Of a stretch of DNA of 64,000 nt, positions 11,909-23,143 are shown one piece after another (positions within the stretch are counted from its first letter, which is position 1; every line of letters begins with the position of its first letter). This DNA is from an uncultured Clostridia bacterium (GTDB taxonomy: Bacteria; Bacillota; Clostridia; TANB77; CAG-508). The stretch spans positions 15,534 through 79,533 of the forward strand of contig CAKOTF010000008.1 in the NCBI GenBank assembly GCA_934120045.1. The letters are read 5' to 3'. The notes beneath the pieces are model-generated. The model searched no databases and had not been told where the DNA came from. It saw only the letters and a program-made list of their open reading frames with translations. The position numbers were made by a program, and so were the translations under genes.

Positions 11909-12138
11909 ATACTTTTATGTAGTGGTAACCGCATTCACTGCGGTTATTCATTTCCTATACTTATTATACACAGATATTAAAAAAAAGTCAAATAGTAAAA
12001 AGTAATTTATTTAAAAAGAAAGTAATCTACATATAAATTATATAGGTTACTTTCTTTGCTAAAGAATTTCTCTATTTATTGAAATAAGAATTTTATACTA
12101 TATTTTCACCTTTATCAATTTATTCTTCGCCATTATAC

Positions 12139-12483
12139 TTAAAATAAAAATCTTCTTCCTGTTAAATATGGATATTTTCCTTCACGTTCTTCAGCAAGTT
12201 TATAGCAAAGTTCCTGAGAATAATTTGCCATATTTAATCCATGTTCTGGGAAATATAAATAAAAATAAATTCTAAGTTCATTAGGCAAAAACTTCCATTC
12301 TCTTAACTCTTTTTCCGATAAAAACCTCTTTTCCAATTCTGGGATATATTCATTAAAAAATTCCCGAATCCACTTAAGTTGTTCTTCCAAATCTGTAAAA
12401 GTTAATTCATCAAATTCTTTCCGTTTTTTAGCTAACTCACATTTCACTTTTTCAATATCTTTTTGAGTAATTTCTTTCATCAC
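12139..12483 (-). CDS. hypothetical protein
   Basis: 114-aa ORF flanked by unusually long intergenic regions. Confidence 0.4.
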   Translation of the reverse strand: MMKEITQKDIEKVKCELAKKRKEFDELTFTDLEEQLKWIREFFNEYIPELEKRFLSEKELREWKFLPNELRIYFYLYFPEHGLNMANYSQELCYKLAEEREGKYPYLTGRRFLF

Positions 12484-12812
12484 AAATGCCTCCTAACAAT
12501 TGTTTTTAGAGATTTGCTGATTAAATATCTTTGTTACCATTCGTATAACTATAAGGAATTATAACATTATTTATATAACTTTTCAATATCTAGTAACTAT
12601 TTATATAATATTATTTAATTGTTTAAACTTTATTCTCTCCAAAAAATTAGAACAAGATTTGAGTTCTGCATTGCCTTGCTCTTTGTCCCATATTTTAGGC
12701 TAAGGTTTTCCTCTTTAAATATATCCTACTTCAATATTATTTGCAAATATTAGGCTAGGATTTTCCTCCTTTTAATCTTTTATTATTAAATAATTTTAAT
12801 ACTATATATCCT

Positions 12813-13871
12813 CTAAATAACTACATACTCTTTATTTGACTTAGTTAATGCTTCACAACCGCCTTTGGTAATTAAAACTGTATCTTCAATTCTAATACCA
12901 AATTGTCCTGCAATATAAATTCCAGGTTCATCTGTTACAACCATATTTTCTTTTAGTGTATTTTCAGATCTTGTACTAATAATTGGTGATTCATGAATAT
13001 CTAATCCAACTCCATGCCCTAAAGCATGTATTAAATCATAATTATTTAATCTAAAATCATTGTCTACCATTTTAGCCAACATTTTAGTACTATATCCTTC
13101 TCTCATATCATTTAATGTTTGAACTTGATTTTTTAGTACTAAATCATATACTTTTTTCATTTCTTCTGGTACTTCTCCAACAAAAAATGTTCTTGTCATA
13201 TCTGAACAATATCCATCAATTTTACATCCCATGTCTATTGTTATAATATCTTTTTCTTGTATTTTTCTATCTGTTGGAACTGCATGTGGTTTTGAAGAAT
13301 TTTCACCAGATGCAACTATTGTGTCAAATGATGTTCCTTCTGCATTTTTATAATAATAATCATCTATTTCTCTTGCAATTTGCTTTTCTGTCATACCAGG
13401 CTTTATATATCCTAATATATATTCAAAACATTCATCTGTTACTTTACATGCTTTTTGTATAGATTCAATTTCTTCTTCATCTTTTATCATTCTTTGTTTT
13501 TCTATCATGTTTTCTGTTTCTACAAAATTGTTTATTTTAAATCTATGCATATATTCTTTATATTTTGCATATGTTACATAATTTTCTTCAAATCCTACAT
13601 TTTCACAAAACATAAAAAAGTTTTCATAATCATCTATTGATAATCCCCTTATATCATATACAACTATTTCATCAAATAATGTTAATGTATTATGAACATC
13701 TTCAATATATCTTGAATCTGTTAAAAATATATTTTCTTTTCTTGTTACTAATAATATTCCTTCTGCCTGTATATTAGTTAAATATCTTATATTTACTGGA
13801 TTTGATACTATCATACCTTGTAAATCCATACTCAATAGTTTATTTCTCAACCATTGCATTTTCCTATTCAT
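12813..13871 (-). CDS. M24 family Xaa-Pro aminopeptidase
   Basis: 352 aa with metal-ligand motifs (HALGHGVGLDIHE, TDEPGIY, IRIEDTV). Confidence 0.8.
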   Translation of the reverse strand: MNRKMQWLRNKLLSMDLQGMIVSNPVNIRYLTNIQAEGILLVTRKENIFLTDSRYIEDVHNTLTLFDEIVVYDIRGLSIDDYENFFMFCENVGFEENYVTYAKYKEYMHRFKINNFVETENMIEKQRMIKDEEEIESIQKACKVTDECFEYILGYIKPGMTEKQIAREIDDYYYKNAEGTSFDTIVASGENSSKPHAVPTDRKIQEKDIITIDMGCKIDGYCSDMTRTFFVGEVPEEMKKVYDLVLKNQVQTLNDMREGYSTKMLAKMVDNDFRLNNYDLIHALGHGVGLDIHESPIISTRSENTLKENMVVTDEPGIYIAGQFGIRIEDTVLITKGGCEALTKSNKEYVVI

Positions 13872-13896
13872 TCAAATTCAATTCCTTTCAATACAC

Positions 13897-14652
13897 TTAT
13901 ACTGCTTTATATGTTCCTAATGTGAATATTACTAAAAGTGTTTTTAATAATATATCAAATGGTACAAATATACTTATAAATGTTGCTATTACTATAAATG
14001 GTCCAAATGGTATATATTCATCTGATTTTTTTATCTTAGTAATTATTAGTATTATTCCTAATATTGCTCCTATTAGAAATGACATTGCTGATATTGCTAA
14101 AATATTTGCCACTCCAAAATATAATCCTAATGCTCCCATTAGTTTTACATCGCCAAATCCTAATGCTTCTTTTCCATATATTAAACTTCCTATTAATGTT
14201 ATTGCTAAAAATATTCCTCCACCAACTAACATACCAAGTAGCATGTCTGCTGTTATTGCTACATTTGACATTCCATATAAAAATGCTATTATTAATCCTA
14301 TCTCAAACATTGTTAAATTTAATCTGTTTGGGATAATTTGGTGTTTATAATCTATTACAAATGCTGATAATAACATTGGTATTAAAATTGAATATTTTAT
14401 TAAGTTTAAATTTTCTACCAGTGTTTTCTGTACACCATACCTATATAATATTGCACAATATAATATAGCTGTAATTAACATTAATATATAATTTGGTTTA
14501 AAGTTTATTTTGTATTCTTGGAATATTTCTTTTGAGAAGACTTTTTTGTATTCTGGTAATCTTTTATTCATCCAGTCTACAAATTGCCCTACTAATAAGC
14601 CTAATATAAATATTCCTATAAAAAATCCTATGTGTGTATCATTTATATACAT
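13897..14652 (-). CDS. A24 family prepilin peptidase
   Basis: Polytopic membrane protein carrying the GFGDVKLMGALG aspartyl-protease motif. Confidence 0.75.
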   Translation of the reverse strand: MYINDTHIGFFIGIFILGLLVGQFVDWMNKRLPEYKKVFSKEIFQEYKINFKPNYILMLITAILYCAILYRYGVQKTLVENLNLIKYSILIPMLLSAFVIDYKHQIIPNRLNLTMFEIGLIIAFLYGMSNVAITADMLLGMLVGGGIFLAITLIGSLIYGKEALGFGDVKLMGALGLYFGVANILAISAMSFLIGAILGIILIITKIKKSDEYIPFGPFIVIATFISIFVPFDILLKTLLVIFTLGTYKAV

Positions 14653-14672
14653 TTTTCTGTGTATGGATTATT

Positions 14673-15224
14673 TTAATCCATATCTCCTCCTTTGTTTATT
14701 TTCTTAAAATATTTTTTCTTTATAAATATTTCTATTGGTCTTTTTACTTTTGTTAGCCATATATCTTTTTCTGCTATTGGTTCTATCAAGATTGTAAACA
14801 TTTTGCATCTATTTCCACCTAATACATCTGTAAAAATTTGATCTCCTACTACTGCAATATTTTCTGGCTTTTCTTGTAATTTTTTTTGTGCCTTTAATAA
14901 TCCTAGTTTTAATGGTTTTTTGGCAAAATAATTATATTTTATTTTTAGTTTTTGTGATACTTGCTCTACTTTGTCTTTCTTATTTGTATTTGATACAATA
15001 TAAAATTTTATTCCATTATGTTTTAGTTGTTCTACCCATTCTACAATTCCATTAGGCATATTTCTATCATAATCTATTAGTGTATTATCCACATCTAATA
15101 TTAATGCTTTTATATTATTCTTTTTTAAAAATTCTATTGATATTTCTTTTACATTGTTAAAATGTGCTTTTGGATATAGTATCAATTTTTTTCTCCTTGT
15201 ACTTTTTTTAAAATTATATAACAA
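14673..15224 (-). CDS. YqeG-family HAD-IIIA phosphatase
   Basis: 183 aa with LILDVDNTL (DxD) and VGDQIFTDVLGGN motifs. Confidence 0.6.
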   Translation of the reverse strand: MLYNFKKSTRRKKLILYPKAHFNNVKEISIEFLKKNNIKALILDVDNTLIDYDRNMPNGIVEWVEQLKHNGIKFYIVSNTNKKDKVEQVSQKLKIKYNYFAKKPLKLGLLKAQKKLQEKPENIAVVGDQIFTDVLGGNRCKMFTILIEPIAEKDIWLTKVKRPIEIFIKKKYFKKINKGGDMD

Positions 15225-15247
15225 TATTTTTAAAGTTGCAATACTTT

Positions 15248-17983
15248 TTATTGTTCTTTGTCTTTAGTACTTATTGATTGTACTTCTTTGGTATTTGTTG
15301 ATTCTGTTTTTTTATTATTCTCTTGTCTCATTTTATCAAGTCTTTCTATTAATTCTTGCAATGTCTTTATATCAGCTCCCATCATTTCCCAATCATTTCT
15401 TGAATTTGAATCTGTTAAATTATTATTTGCTTTTATTATTGTATCAATAAGACCTTCTATATCTTCTGTATTATTAACTTCTAGATTAACAGCTGATTGT
15501 GACAATAACTTATTTAATGCATTTTCTAAATTATCTCCAATTGCTACTTTAGTTCCTGAGGCAACAATAATTTTTTCTAATGTGATTGGTTGATTTACTT
15601 CATTTGTTTTAGTTTGATATATAGTTTCTATATATAATAATGTATTATTTATAGGAATAATTTTCATTTCTTTTGAAATTTTAACTCCTGTAACATTCAA
15701 ACTATTAAGTTCTGCTGATATTGTTTCATCTTGTTCAATTAGGTTATCTAATTGATTTGCTCCTAATATATTACTATCTGCAGAAAATTTATAAATTTTT
15801 AATTCATTACTTGTTCCATTACAAGTTCCTAATACATATGATATAATATTTGATTTACTTTTTTGTGTATACATTTGAACTAATCCAACCCTTTTTTCTC
15901 CATCCGGTGTTATTAACATTGTATAATATGGTTCTAATGTTGCTTTTTTAGTTTTTGAAGTTGATTTTCCATACGTAGCAAGTGACCAAATATCACTTTT
16001 TCTATATAAGACATCTTCTTTTACATTATGATATACTCTTAACATTTCAGCTTGTACATTATATAATAATTGTGGATATTTCAATTGTTTTTGAATTTCT
16101 TTTGGAATATTATTTTCTTCAAACATTGCAGGGTATATCTTTTTATATGCAGATATTATTGGATCTGTTTTATCTACTATATAAAATTTCATTTCACCAT
16201 TATATGCATTTATTATTACTTTTACAGAATTTCTGATATAATTAATATCTTTTTTTTCTTTTTCTCCATCTATTGTTGTATATGATGAATATGGGTATTT
16301 ATCTGAAATTGTATATGCATCTATAACCCAATAAATTTGATCATTATTTATTACTGTATAAGCATTTTCATCATACAATAAATATGGAAGTGCTGTTTTT
16401 GCTCTTTCTAGAACATTTCTGTTTGTCAATATTTTACTTTCATTTGTTACAGATGTTGAAAATGCAAGTTTAAAGTCTCCATTTCTTAATGCTAATATTA
16501 ATCTGTCTAAAAATCCAACTTGAATTCCTGAGTCACCTTCATAACTATATGTATGTTCATTTCCTTCACTATCTGTATAATCATATTCTGTCTTATTCTT
16601 TGTATTTGTTACTACTATTGAATTTGTTTCTAATCCATAATATATTCTTTGATTATCATTTATTTCTTTTTGAATGTATTGAATATTTCCATCTTCAGAT
16701 GTTTCATTTGCATTTACTATTATTTGTCCTATACCATGTGTAAGTTCATATGTTTTATTATTATATGAAATTGATTGCTCTGCAATTTCTCTTGGTGCTA
16801 TATATACTAATTTTTCTTGATTATCCTTTATAAATTTAGTAGTTAAGATATTTCTAAATGTATAATATCCTGCTTCTGTTTGTGTATCTTCTAAACTTTG
16901 TTTTACCATATTTTGACTTACTATTGGAACATTATTTAGCAATTCCTTATTTTCATTAATTTCTTCTTCAGATATTGTTCCAGAATAATTAATGTTTACT
17001 TCTGAAGCATTTATTCCATATGCTTCTCTTGTTGAATTTATATTTTCTTCAATATATTTTCTTTCTTTATCAAATTCATTTGGTTTTACAAAAATAAAAT
17101 CTGTTCCTACCATTACAATAAACATCACTACTAAATATCCCGGAATTAATAATAATGTAAACATAATTTTTTTGTTTTTGTTTTTTTGAAAAAATATTAC
17201 AGATGAAATTATTGCTCCTATTATTACAAATGCAAATATTATATATCCCCATAATTTTATTGTTGATTCTACAAATCCTGCTCCTGTTAATTCAATTTCA
17301 TCATTTAATGTTAAAAATTTTTCTGTTACTATATTTTGAGTATTAAATATTGTTAAAACTCCTGCCAAAATTACTAAAATTATTACATTTTTTAATAAAC
17401 TTTTTATAAATTTACTTTTTCTTAGCATTGTTCTATCAATTCCATCAAAATATAAATTAAATACTATTATATAAAATGCTGTAATATATGCACTTAATAG
17501 TATAGTGAATTGCATTATATATTTTATAACTATTTCTATTAACGGTTTTGTAAACATATAATATGATATATCCATGTTAAATATCATATCTGTTTTTTGA
17601 AATGATACCTTACTTGCACATAATAATACTTTTTCGACTATATTATTTGAAAAAATTATACTACTTATTATCGCAACAACAAATATTAAAGATTTATTTG
17701 GAAGTTTTGGCATTACTTTATTTTCTGATTCAAAAAATGGTTTCAAGCCTTTTTTTATTCCTATATTAGTGATAAACATACATATTGAAATAACAACAAA
17801 ACTTATTCCCATTATTGAATATTTATATTTAATATTTGTCCAAAAATTTTGAACATATTGTTCTCCTAATTCTAGACATTCTAAATATTCCCCTCTTAAT
17901 GTAAAATATGTACATATTAAATATATCGCTATAAATGCTATTACTAATATATTTTTTATTTTATTTAATTTCTTTTTTTCCAT
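15248..17983 (-). CDS. UPF0182-family large membrane protein (N-terminal multi-TM region plus large extracytoplasmic domain)
   Basis: 911 aa with 7-8 N-terminal TMs and a long soluble C-terminus. The size and topology are typical of UPF0182. Confidence 0.5.
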   Translation of the reverse strand: MEKKKLNKIKNILVIAFIAIYLICTYFTLRGEYLECLELGEQYVQNFWTNIKYKYSIMGISFVVISICMFITNIGIKKGLKPFFESENKVMPKLPNKSLIFVVAIISSIIFSNNIVEKVLLCASKVSFQKTDMIFNMDISYYMFTKPLIEIVIKYIMQFTILLSAYITAFYIIVFNLYFDGIDRTMLRKSKFIKSLLKNVIILVILAGVLTIFNTQNIVTEKFLTLNDEIELTGAGFVESTIKLWGYIIFAFVIIGAIISSVIFFQKNKNKKIMFTLLLIPGYLVVMFIVMVGTDFIFVKPNEFDKERKYIEENINSTREAYGINASEVNINYSGTISEEEINENKELLNNVPIVSQNMVKQSLEDTQTEAGYYTFRNILTTKFIKDNQEKLVYIAPREIAEQSISYNNKTYELTHGIGQIIVNANETSEDGNIQYIQKEINDNQRIYYGLETNSIVVTNTKNKTEYDYTDSEGNEHTYSYEGDSGIQVGFLDRLILALRNGDFKLAFSTSVTNESKILTNRNVLERAKTALPYLLYDENAYTVINNDQIYWVIDAYTISDKYPYSSYTTIDGEKEKKDINYIRNSVKVIINAYNGEMKFYIVDKTDPIISAYKKIYPAMFEENNIPKEIQKQLKYPQLLYNVQAEMLRVYHNVKEDVLYRKSDIWSLATYGKSTSKTKKATLEPYYTMLITPDGEKRVGLVQMYTQKSKSNIISYVLGTCNGTSNELKIYKFSADSNILGANQLDNLIEQDETISAELNSLNVTGVKISKEMKIIPINNTLLYIETIYQTKTNEVNQPITLEKIIVASGTKVAIGDNLENALNKLLSQSAVNLEVNNTEDIEGLIDTIIKANNNLTDSNSRNDWEMMGADIKTLQELIERLDKMRQENNKKTESTNTKEVQSISTKDKEQ

Positions 17984-18041
17984 CTATTTTTTAAACTCCT
18001 CATAATTTTGTTTAACTACAAATATATTTATCTTACGTTTT

Positions 18042-18947
18042 TTATATTATTGCTTTTACAAAATCTTTAGAATTAAAAATTTCCATATCATCAATTTGTT
18101 CTCCAACACCTATGAATTTTACAGGTATATCATTTTCTTGTACAATTCCAACTACAGCTCCACCTTTTGCTGTTCCATCCAATTTTGTTAATACAATTCC
18201 TGTAATATCTGCTTGTTCTTTAAATGCTTTTACTTGTGATATTGCATTTTGTCCTGTTGTTGCATCAATTACTAATAATACTTCTTTTGATGCTTCTGCC
18301 ATTTCTTTATTTACTACTTTTTGAATTTTATTTAATTCATCCATCAAATATTTTTTGTTATGTAACCTTCCAGCTGTGTCTATTATTAATACATCTGCAT
18401 TGCTTTCTTTAGTTCTTCTTATTGCTTCAAATACCACTGATGCAGGGTCTACTCCTTCTGCTCTTTTTACTACTTCTGCTCCTGCTCTTTGTGCCCATAT
18501 TTCTAATTGTTCTACTGCTGCTGCTCTAAATGTATCAGCAGCAGCAACTATTACTTTTTTTCCATCTCTTGCTAATCTTGCTGCCATTTTTCCTATTGAT
18601 GTTGTTTTTCCAACTCCATTTACTCCTACAACAAGTATTACTGATGGCTTTGTTTCTAATTTTAAACTATTATCACATTTTTCTAGAATTTTCTCAATTT
18701 CTTCTCTTAATGCTTTTTTTACTTGTTCACTTTCTTCTATTTTTTCTTTTTTTATTTTTTCTCTTAAATTACTTATTATTTGTGTTGATGTTTCTACTCC
18801 CATGTCTGACATTATTAGTGCTTCTTCTAATTCTTCTAATAATTCTTCATCAACCTTTCTAAAATTGCTAAATACATTATTAATTTTATCATTTATTGAT
18901 TCTTTTGTCTTTGTTAGACCTTGTTTTAATTTATCAAAAAAACCCAT
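18042..18947 (-). CDS. ftsY: signal recognition particle receptor FtsY
   Basis: NG domain: GVNGVGKTT, DTAGRLHNK, TKLDGTAKGG. Confidence 0.9.
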   Translation of the reverse strand: MGFFDKLKQGLTKTKESINDKINNVFSNFRKVDEELLEELEEALIMSDMGVETSTQIISNLREKIKKEKIEESEQVKKALREEIEKILEKCDNSLKLETKPSVILVVGVNGVGKTTSIGKMAARLARDGKKVIVAAADTFRAAAVEQLEIWAQRAGAEVVKRAEGVDPASVVFEAIRRTKESNADVLIIDTAGRLHNKKYLMDELNKIQKVVNKEMAEASKEVLLVIDATTGQNAISQVKAFKEQADITGIVLTKLDGTAKGGAVVGIVQENDIPVKFIGVGEQIDDMEIFNSKDFVKAII

Positions 18948-18970
18948 TTTTCTATTCCTTTCACATTTGT

Positions 18971-19450
18971 TTAAAATACTATCATAATCTTTATTGCTGT
19001 TAATAATATAGTAAGTGCTGACATTGCAGTATCCATAAATCCTTCTGTTGATTCTCCTTTTTCATCTGTAACAAATATTTCATATTTCTTTACATCTGAT
19101 ATTTTAAAATATGTATCAATTTCCTTAGTTTGATTTTCTTTTATTTCTCCAATATCTAAATATTGTGTTCCTAATAAATTGTCTTTTGATGAATATAAAT
19201 CTACTTTTATAAATTTTCCGCTAAGACTAGTTGAATTTACTATTAAATTAATTTTTCCATTTACTGCTGTTGATTTTATTTCTTTTACCTGAATTCCTGA
19301 TGGTATTTGTCCTATTTTTTGCATTTCATTATAAGTAGTTTTTAATCCTACATTTATTAAAAAATCTGATATTATCCAAAATAATATTATCCATATTATA
19401 TATTTCACAAATGTCTTTACTGTATTCATTAATTTCATTCCTTTCATCAT
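18971..19450 (-). CDS. hypothetical membrane-anchored protein
   Basis: 159 aa with TM segments at the N and C termini. Confidence 0.4.
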   Translation of the reverse strand: MMKGMKLMNTVKTFVKYIIWIILFWIISDFLINVGLKTTYNEMQKIGQIPSGIQVKEIKSTAVNGKINLIVNSTSLSGKFIKVDLYSSKDNLLGTQYLDIGEIKENQTKEIDTYFKISDVKKYEIFVTDEKGESTEGFMDTAMSALTILLTAIKIMIVF

Positions 19451-19571
19451 ACTTTTATCCTTTATTATTATACTTGCAAAATCTCATAATTTCAAGTATT
19501 TTAAAAAATATTATTTCCATATGTAGCCATATTTTTCTTTGTGAATACAATATATTCAAAGGAGGTCTATT

Positions 19572-20270
19572 ATGGACTATGAATTATTAATGAATGGAAA
19601 TATAAAATTAGGTCAAAAAGCTCCTGATTTTACAGCAGATTCTACATTTGGTAAAATAAGCCTAAGTGACTATTCTGGAAAATGGCTCGTATTTTTTTCA
19701 CATCCAGGTGATTTTACCCCAGTATGCACTACAGAAATGATTGCATTTGCTAGAGCTCATCCATTTTTTCAAAAATTAAATACTAGTTTATTAGGATTAA
19801 GTATTGATAGTAATGCTTCACATCTTGCTTGGGTAAATGAAATATATAATTTGACTGGTGTTTCTTTACCATTTCCTATTATTGCAGATAGAAATGGCTC
19901 TATTGCTAGACTTTATGGTATGATTTCAAATGATGTTAGTACAACAAAAACTGTTAGAAATGTTTTTATTATTGATGGAAATGGTATTGTTCGTGTTATT
20001 CTTACATATCCTTTAAATATTGGACGATTTATTCCTGAAATTCTTCGTACTGTTGAAGCTTTACAAATTTCTGATTGTGCAGATGCTTCAACTCCTGCTA
20101 ATTGGCAACCTGGTGTTCCTGTTATTATTCCACCACCTCAAACTTTTTCTGAATTACAACAAAGGCTAGAGGATATTAAGAAAAATTGTAATGGTATTTC
20201 TTGGTATCTTTCTTTTAAAGAACCTTCTCAGAAATGTTTAAATGATATTAATATTGAAAAAAATTGCTAA
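19572..20270 (+). CDS. 1-Cys peroxiredoxin (Prx6/AhpC-TSA family)
   Basis: FTPVCTTE peroxidatic-Cys motif; SD AAAGGAGG 8 nt upstream. The only convincing plus-strand gene. Confidence 0.85.
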   Translation: MDYELLMNGNIKLGQKAPDFTADSTFGKISLSDYSGKWLVFFSHPGDFTPVCTTEMIAFARAHPFFQKLNTSLLGLSIDSNASHLAWVNEIYNLTGVSLPFPIIADRNGSIARLYGMISNDVSTTKTVRNVFIIDGNGIVRVILTYPLNIGRFIPEILRTVEALQISDCADASTPANWQPGVPVIIPPPQTFSELQQRLEDIKKNCNGISWYLSFKEPSQKCLNDINIEKNC

Positions 20271-20278
20271 ATTCTAAA

Positions 20279-20326
20279 AATAAGAAGCTAATTCAGTTTT
20301 ATCTGAAAAAGCTTCTTATTTTTTAT
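20279..20326. terminator. bidirectional rho-independent terminator between the convergent peroxiredoxin and ATPase genes
   Basis: aataagaagct...agcttcttatt stem flanked by A-run and T-run. Confidence 0.55.
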
Positions 20327-23040
20327 TCATCTCTAGTTGTATTTACTTTAAATAATTTCATAATTTCAACAATAATTATTGGTGATAACACTAATACAAT
20401 TGTTTCGATTATATTATCACTTGGAAGGATTGGAATACTAAATATTGTTCTTAATTGTGGTATAAATAATATTACAACCATTAATAATGCTGATGCTAAT
20501 ATTGCTAATATTAAAACTCCATTTCCTAATATTCCTGTTTTAAATATTGAATTTTTATTATCTCTTATATTAAATACATGTATTAATTCTGAAAAAGCTA
20601 AAACTATAAATGCCATTGTTTGACCAACTTCTATTTTTGTTTGTTCTAGTGTTAATCCATCTATTGCTTTGTGTGTTGTTCCTAACCCTATTAAATACGC
20701 TGCAAGTGTAAGTAATCCAATCATTAATCCTTGATAAATAATTCTAAATGTTCTTCCTTTTGTAAATATTCCTTCATTTCTTTTTACTGGTTTTCTATCC
20801 ATTATATCTTTATTTGCAGGGTCAAATGCTAATGCTAATGCTGGGAATGTGTCTGTTACAAGGTTTATCCATAAAATATGTATTGGTAATAAAACTTGAA
20901 TCATTGTTATATCAGATATTCCAAACCATTGTCCTATTTGTGGTGCAAATAATGTTGCTAACAATAATACAATAACTTCTCCAACATTACATGAAAGTAA
21001 AAATTGAATTACTTTTAATATATTATCATATATACGTCTTCCTTCTTCAACTGCTGATACTATTGTAGCAAAATTGTCATCTGTTAATATTACATCTGCT
21101 GCTTCTTTTGCAACTTCTGTTCCTACTTTTCCCATTGCACATCCAATATCAGCTGTTTTTAATGCTGGACTGTCATTTACTCCATCACCTGTCATTGCTA
21201 CAACTTCTCCATTTGCTTGCCATGCTTTTACTATTCTAACTTTGTGTTCTGGTGACACTCTTGCATATACAGAATATTTTCTAACATTTTTTGTTAATTC
21301 TTCATCAGTCATTTTTTCTAATTCTGTTCCTGTTAAAGCTTCACTTTCATCTTTTAATATTCCTAGTTTTTTAGCTATTGCAACTGCTGTAACTTTATGA
21401 TCACCTGTAATCATTACTGTTTTTATTCCTGCTTTTTTACACTTTTCTACTGCTTTTTTTGCTTCAATTCTTGGTGGATCTATCATTCCAACCATTCCAA
21501 TAAATGTTAAATCACTTTCTATTGTTTTCATTTCTGTTTTTGATGGCATGTGATCTAATTCCTTATATGCAAATGCTAAAACTCTTAAAGCATCTTTGGC
21601 CATTTTTTCATTGTTTTCTCTTATCCATTTTGCATAATTGTTTATACTTGTTCTTACTTCACCTTTATATAAGAATGAGTTACAACATTTTAATAATTCA
21701 TCAACTCCACCTTTTGTATATACTATATATTTTCCATTTTTCTTATTAACTGTTGTCATTAATTTTCTTTCTGAATCAAATGGAACTTCTTCAACTCTTG
21801 GATTTTCTCTATATATAGATTGTTCATAATCTAGTTTAAATGCCATATCAACTAATGCTGTTTCTGTTGGATCTCCTGCTAATTGTCCATCTTCTAGCAA
21901 TCGTGAATCATTACATAACATACAATTATATACTAATTTTTTGAAATCTTCTGTTGTATTTACTTTTTTTACATCTTGTAATTCATCATCACAAAATACT
22001 TTTTCTACTGTCATTTTATTTTGTGTTAATGTTCCTGTTTTGTCAGAACATATAACTGTACTGCTTCCTAATGTTTCAACTGCTGGTAATTTTTTTACTA
22101 TTGCATGTTTTTTTACCATTTTTTGAACACCAATTGCTAATACAATTGTTGATACTGCAACAAGTCCTTCTGGTATTACTGCAACTGCAAGTGATACAGC
22201 TGTCATAAACATATCTATTATTTCTTTTCCTTGTAATAATCCAATAACAAATATTACAGCACATATTGCTAAACAAGCCATTCCCAAAGTTTTTCCTAAA
22301 TCATTTAATTTTTGTTGAAGTGGTGTTTCTTGCTTTTCTGCATTATCTAACATTCCTGCAATTTTTCCTACTTCTGTATTCATTCCTGTATTTACTACAA
22401 TTGCTTTTCCTCTACCATATGTTATTAAACTTGATGAAAATAACATATTTTTTCTGTCTCCAATTCCAATTTCATTTCCATCTATTTTTTCTGTTATTTT
22501 TTCTACTGGAACTGATTCACCTGTAAGTGATGCTTCTTGTGATTTTAAATTTACTGCTTCTATTATTCTTAAGTCTGCTGCTATATAATCTCCTGTTTCT
22601 ATTATAACAAGATCTCCTGGTACTAATTCTCTTGCTGGTATTACTTGTTCTTTTCCATTTCTTATTACTTTTGATGCATGACTACTTAATTTTTTTAATG
22701 CTTCTAATGATTTTTCTGCTTTACTTTCTTGTGCTACTCCTATCACTGCATTTAGGATTACTACTATTAATATTATTATTGTATCTGTAAATCCTTCTCC
22801 TTGTGCTACTCCAACTACTCCTGATACTATTGCTGCTATTATTAATACAATTATTGAAAAATCTTTAAATTGTTCTAAAAATTTCTTTAGTAGTGAATCT
22901 TTTTTCTTTTCTTGTAATTCATTTAGTCCATATTTTTTCATGTTTTCTTGGACTTGACTACTGCTTAAACCTTTTTGATAATCTGTTTTTAATTCTTGTT
23001 CTACTTCTTGGCTTGTCTTATTAAACCAACTTTTTTCCAT
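20323..23040 (-). CDS. calcium-translocating P-type ATPase (PMCA/SERCA-like, type IIA)
   Basis: 905 aa with DKTGTLT, TGDHK, GDGVNDSPALK and 10 TM helices. Confidence 0.85.
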   Translation of the reverse strand: MEKSWFNKTSQEVEQELKTDYQKGLSSSQVQENMKKYGLNELQEKKKDSLLKKFLEQFKDFSIIVLIIAAIVSGVVGVAQGEGFTDTIIILIVVILNAVIGVAQESKAEKSLEALKKLSSHASKVIRNGKEQVIPARELVPGDLVIIETGDYIAADLRIIEAVNLKSQEASLTGESVPVEKITEKIDGNEIGIGDRKNMLFSSSLITYGRGKAIVVNTGMNTEVGKIAGMLDNAEKQETPLQQKLNDLGKTLGMACLAICAVIFVIGLLQGKEIIDMFMTAVSLAVAVIPEGLVAVSTIVLAIGVQKMVKKHAIVKKLPAVETLGSSTVICSDKTGTLTQNKMTVEKVFCDDELQDVKKVNTTEDFKKLVYNCMLCNDSRLLEDGQLAGDPTETALVDMAFKLDYEQSIYRENPRVEEVPFDSERKLMTTVNKKNGKYIVYTKGGVDELLKCCNSFLYKGEVRTSINNYAKWIRENNEKMAKDALRVLAFAYKELDHMPSKTEMKTIESDLTFIGMVGMIDPPRIEAKKAVEKCKKAGIKTVMITGDHKVTAVAIAKKLGILKDESEALTGTELEKMTDEELTKNVRKYSVYARVSPEHKVRIVKAWQANGEVVAMTGDGVNDSPALKTADIGCAMGKVGTEVAKEAADVILTDDNFATIVSAVEEGRRIYDNILKVIQFLLSCNVGEVIVLLLATLFAPQIGQWFGISDITMIQVLLPIHILWINLVTDTFPALALAFDPANKDIMDRKPVKRNEGIFTKGRTFRIIYQGLMIGLLTLAAYLIGLGTTHKAIDGLTLEQTKIEVGQTMAFIVLAFSELIHVFNIRDNKNSIFKTGILGNGVLILAILASALLMVVILFIPQLRTIFSIPILPSDNIIETIVLVLSPIIIVEIMKLFKVNTTRDE

Positions 23041-23143
23041 ACTAATTACCTCTCTTTTCTAATTGTATTTTAGCCTTTTTACTTTAGTTCTAAAGTTATA
23101 CATATAATATTTATTCTTATTTATGTATTTTAGAACAAATAAA

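Noticed and set aside
12692-12775. Two similar 22-24-nt direct repeats considered as a mini CRISPR array
   Set aside because: There are only two copies, they are not identical, the spacer is not unique-looking, and there are no cas genes. Reported instead as a direct-repeat regulatory or duplication feature.
19451-19571. Possible PerR/Fur-type operator upstream of the peroxiredoxin gene
   Set aside because: Only weak AT-rich dyads (ttattattata, acttgcaaaat...aatttcaagt) are present. They are indistinguishable from background in this AT-rich DNA without a species-specific motif.
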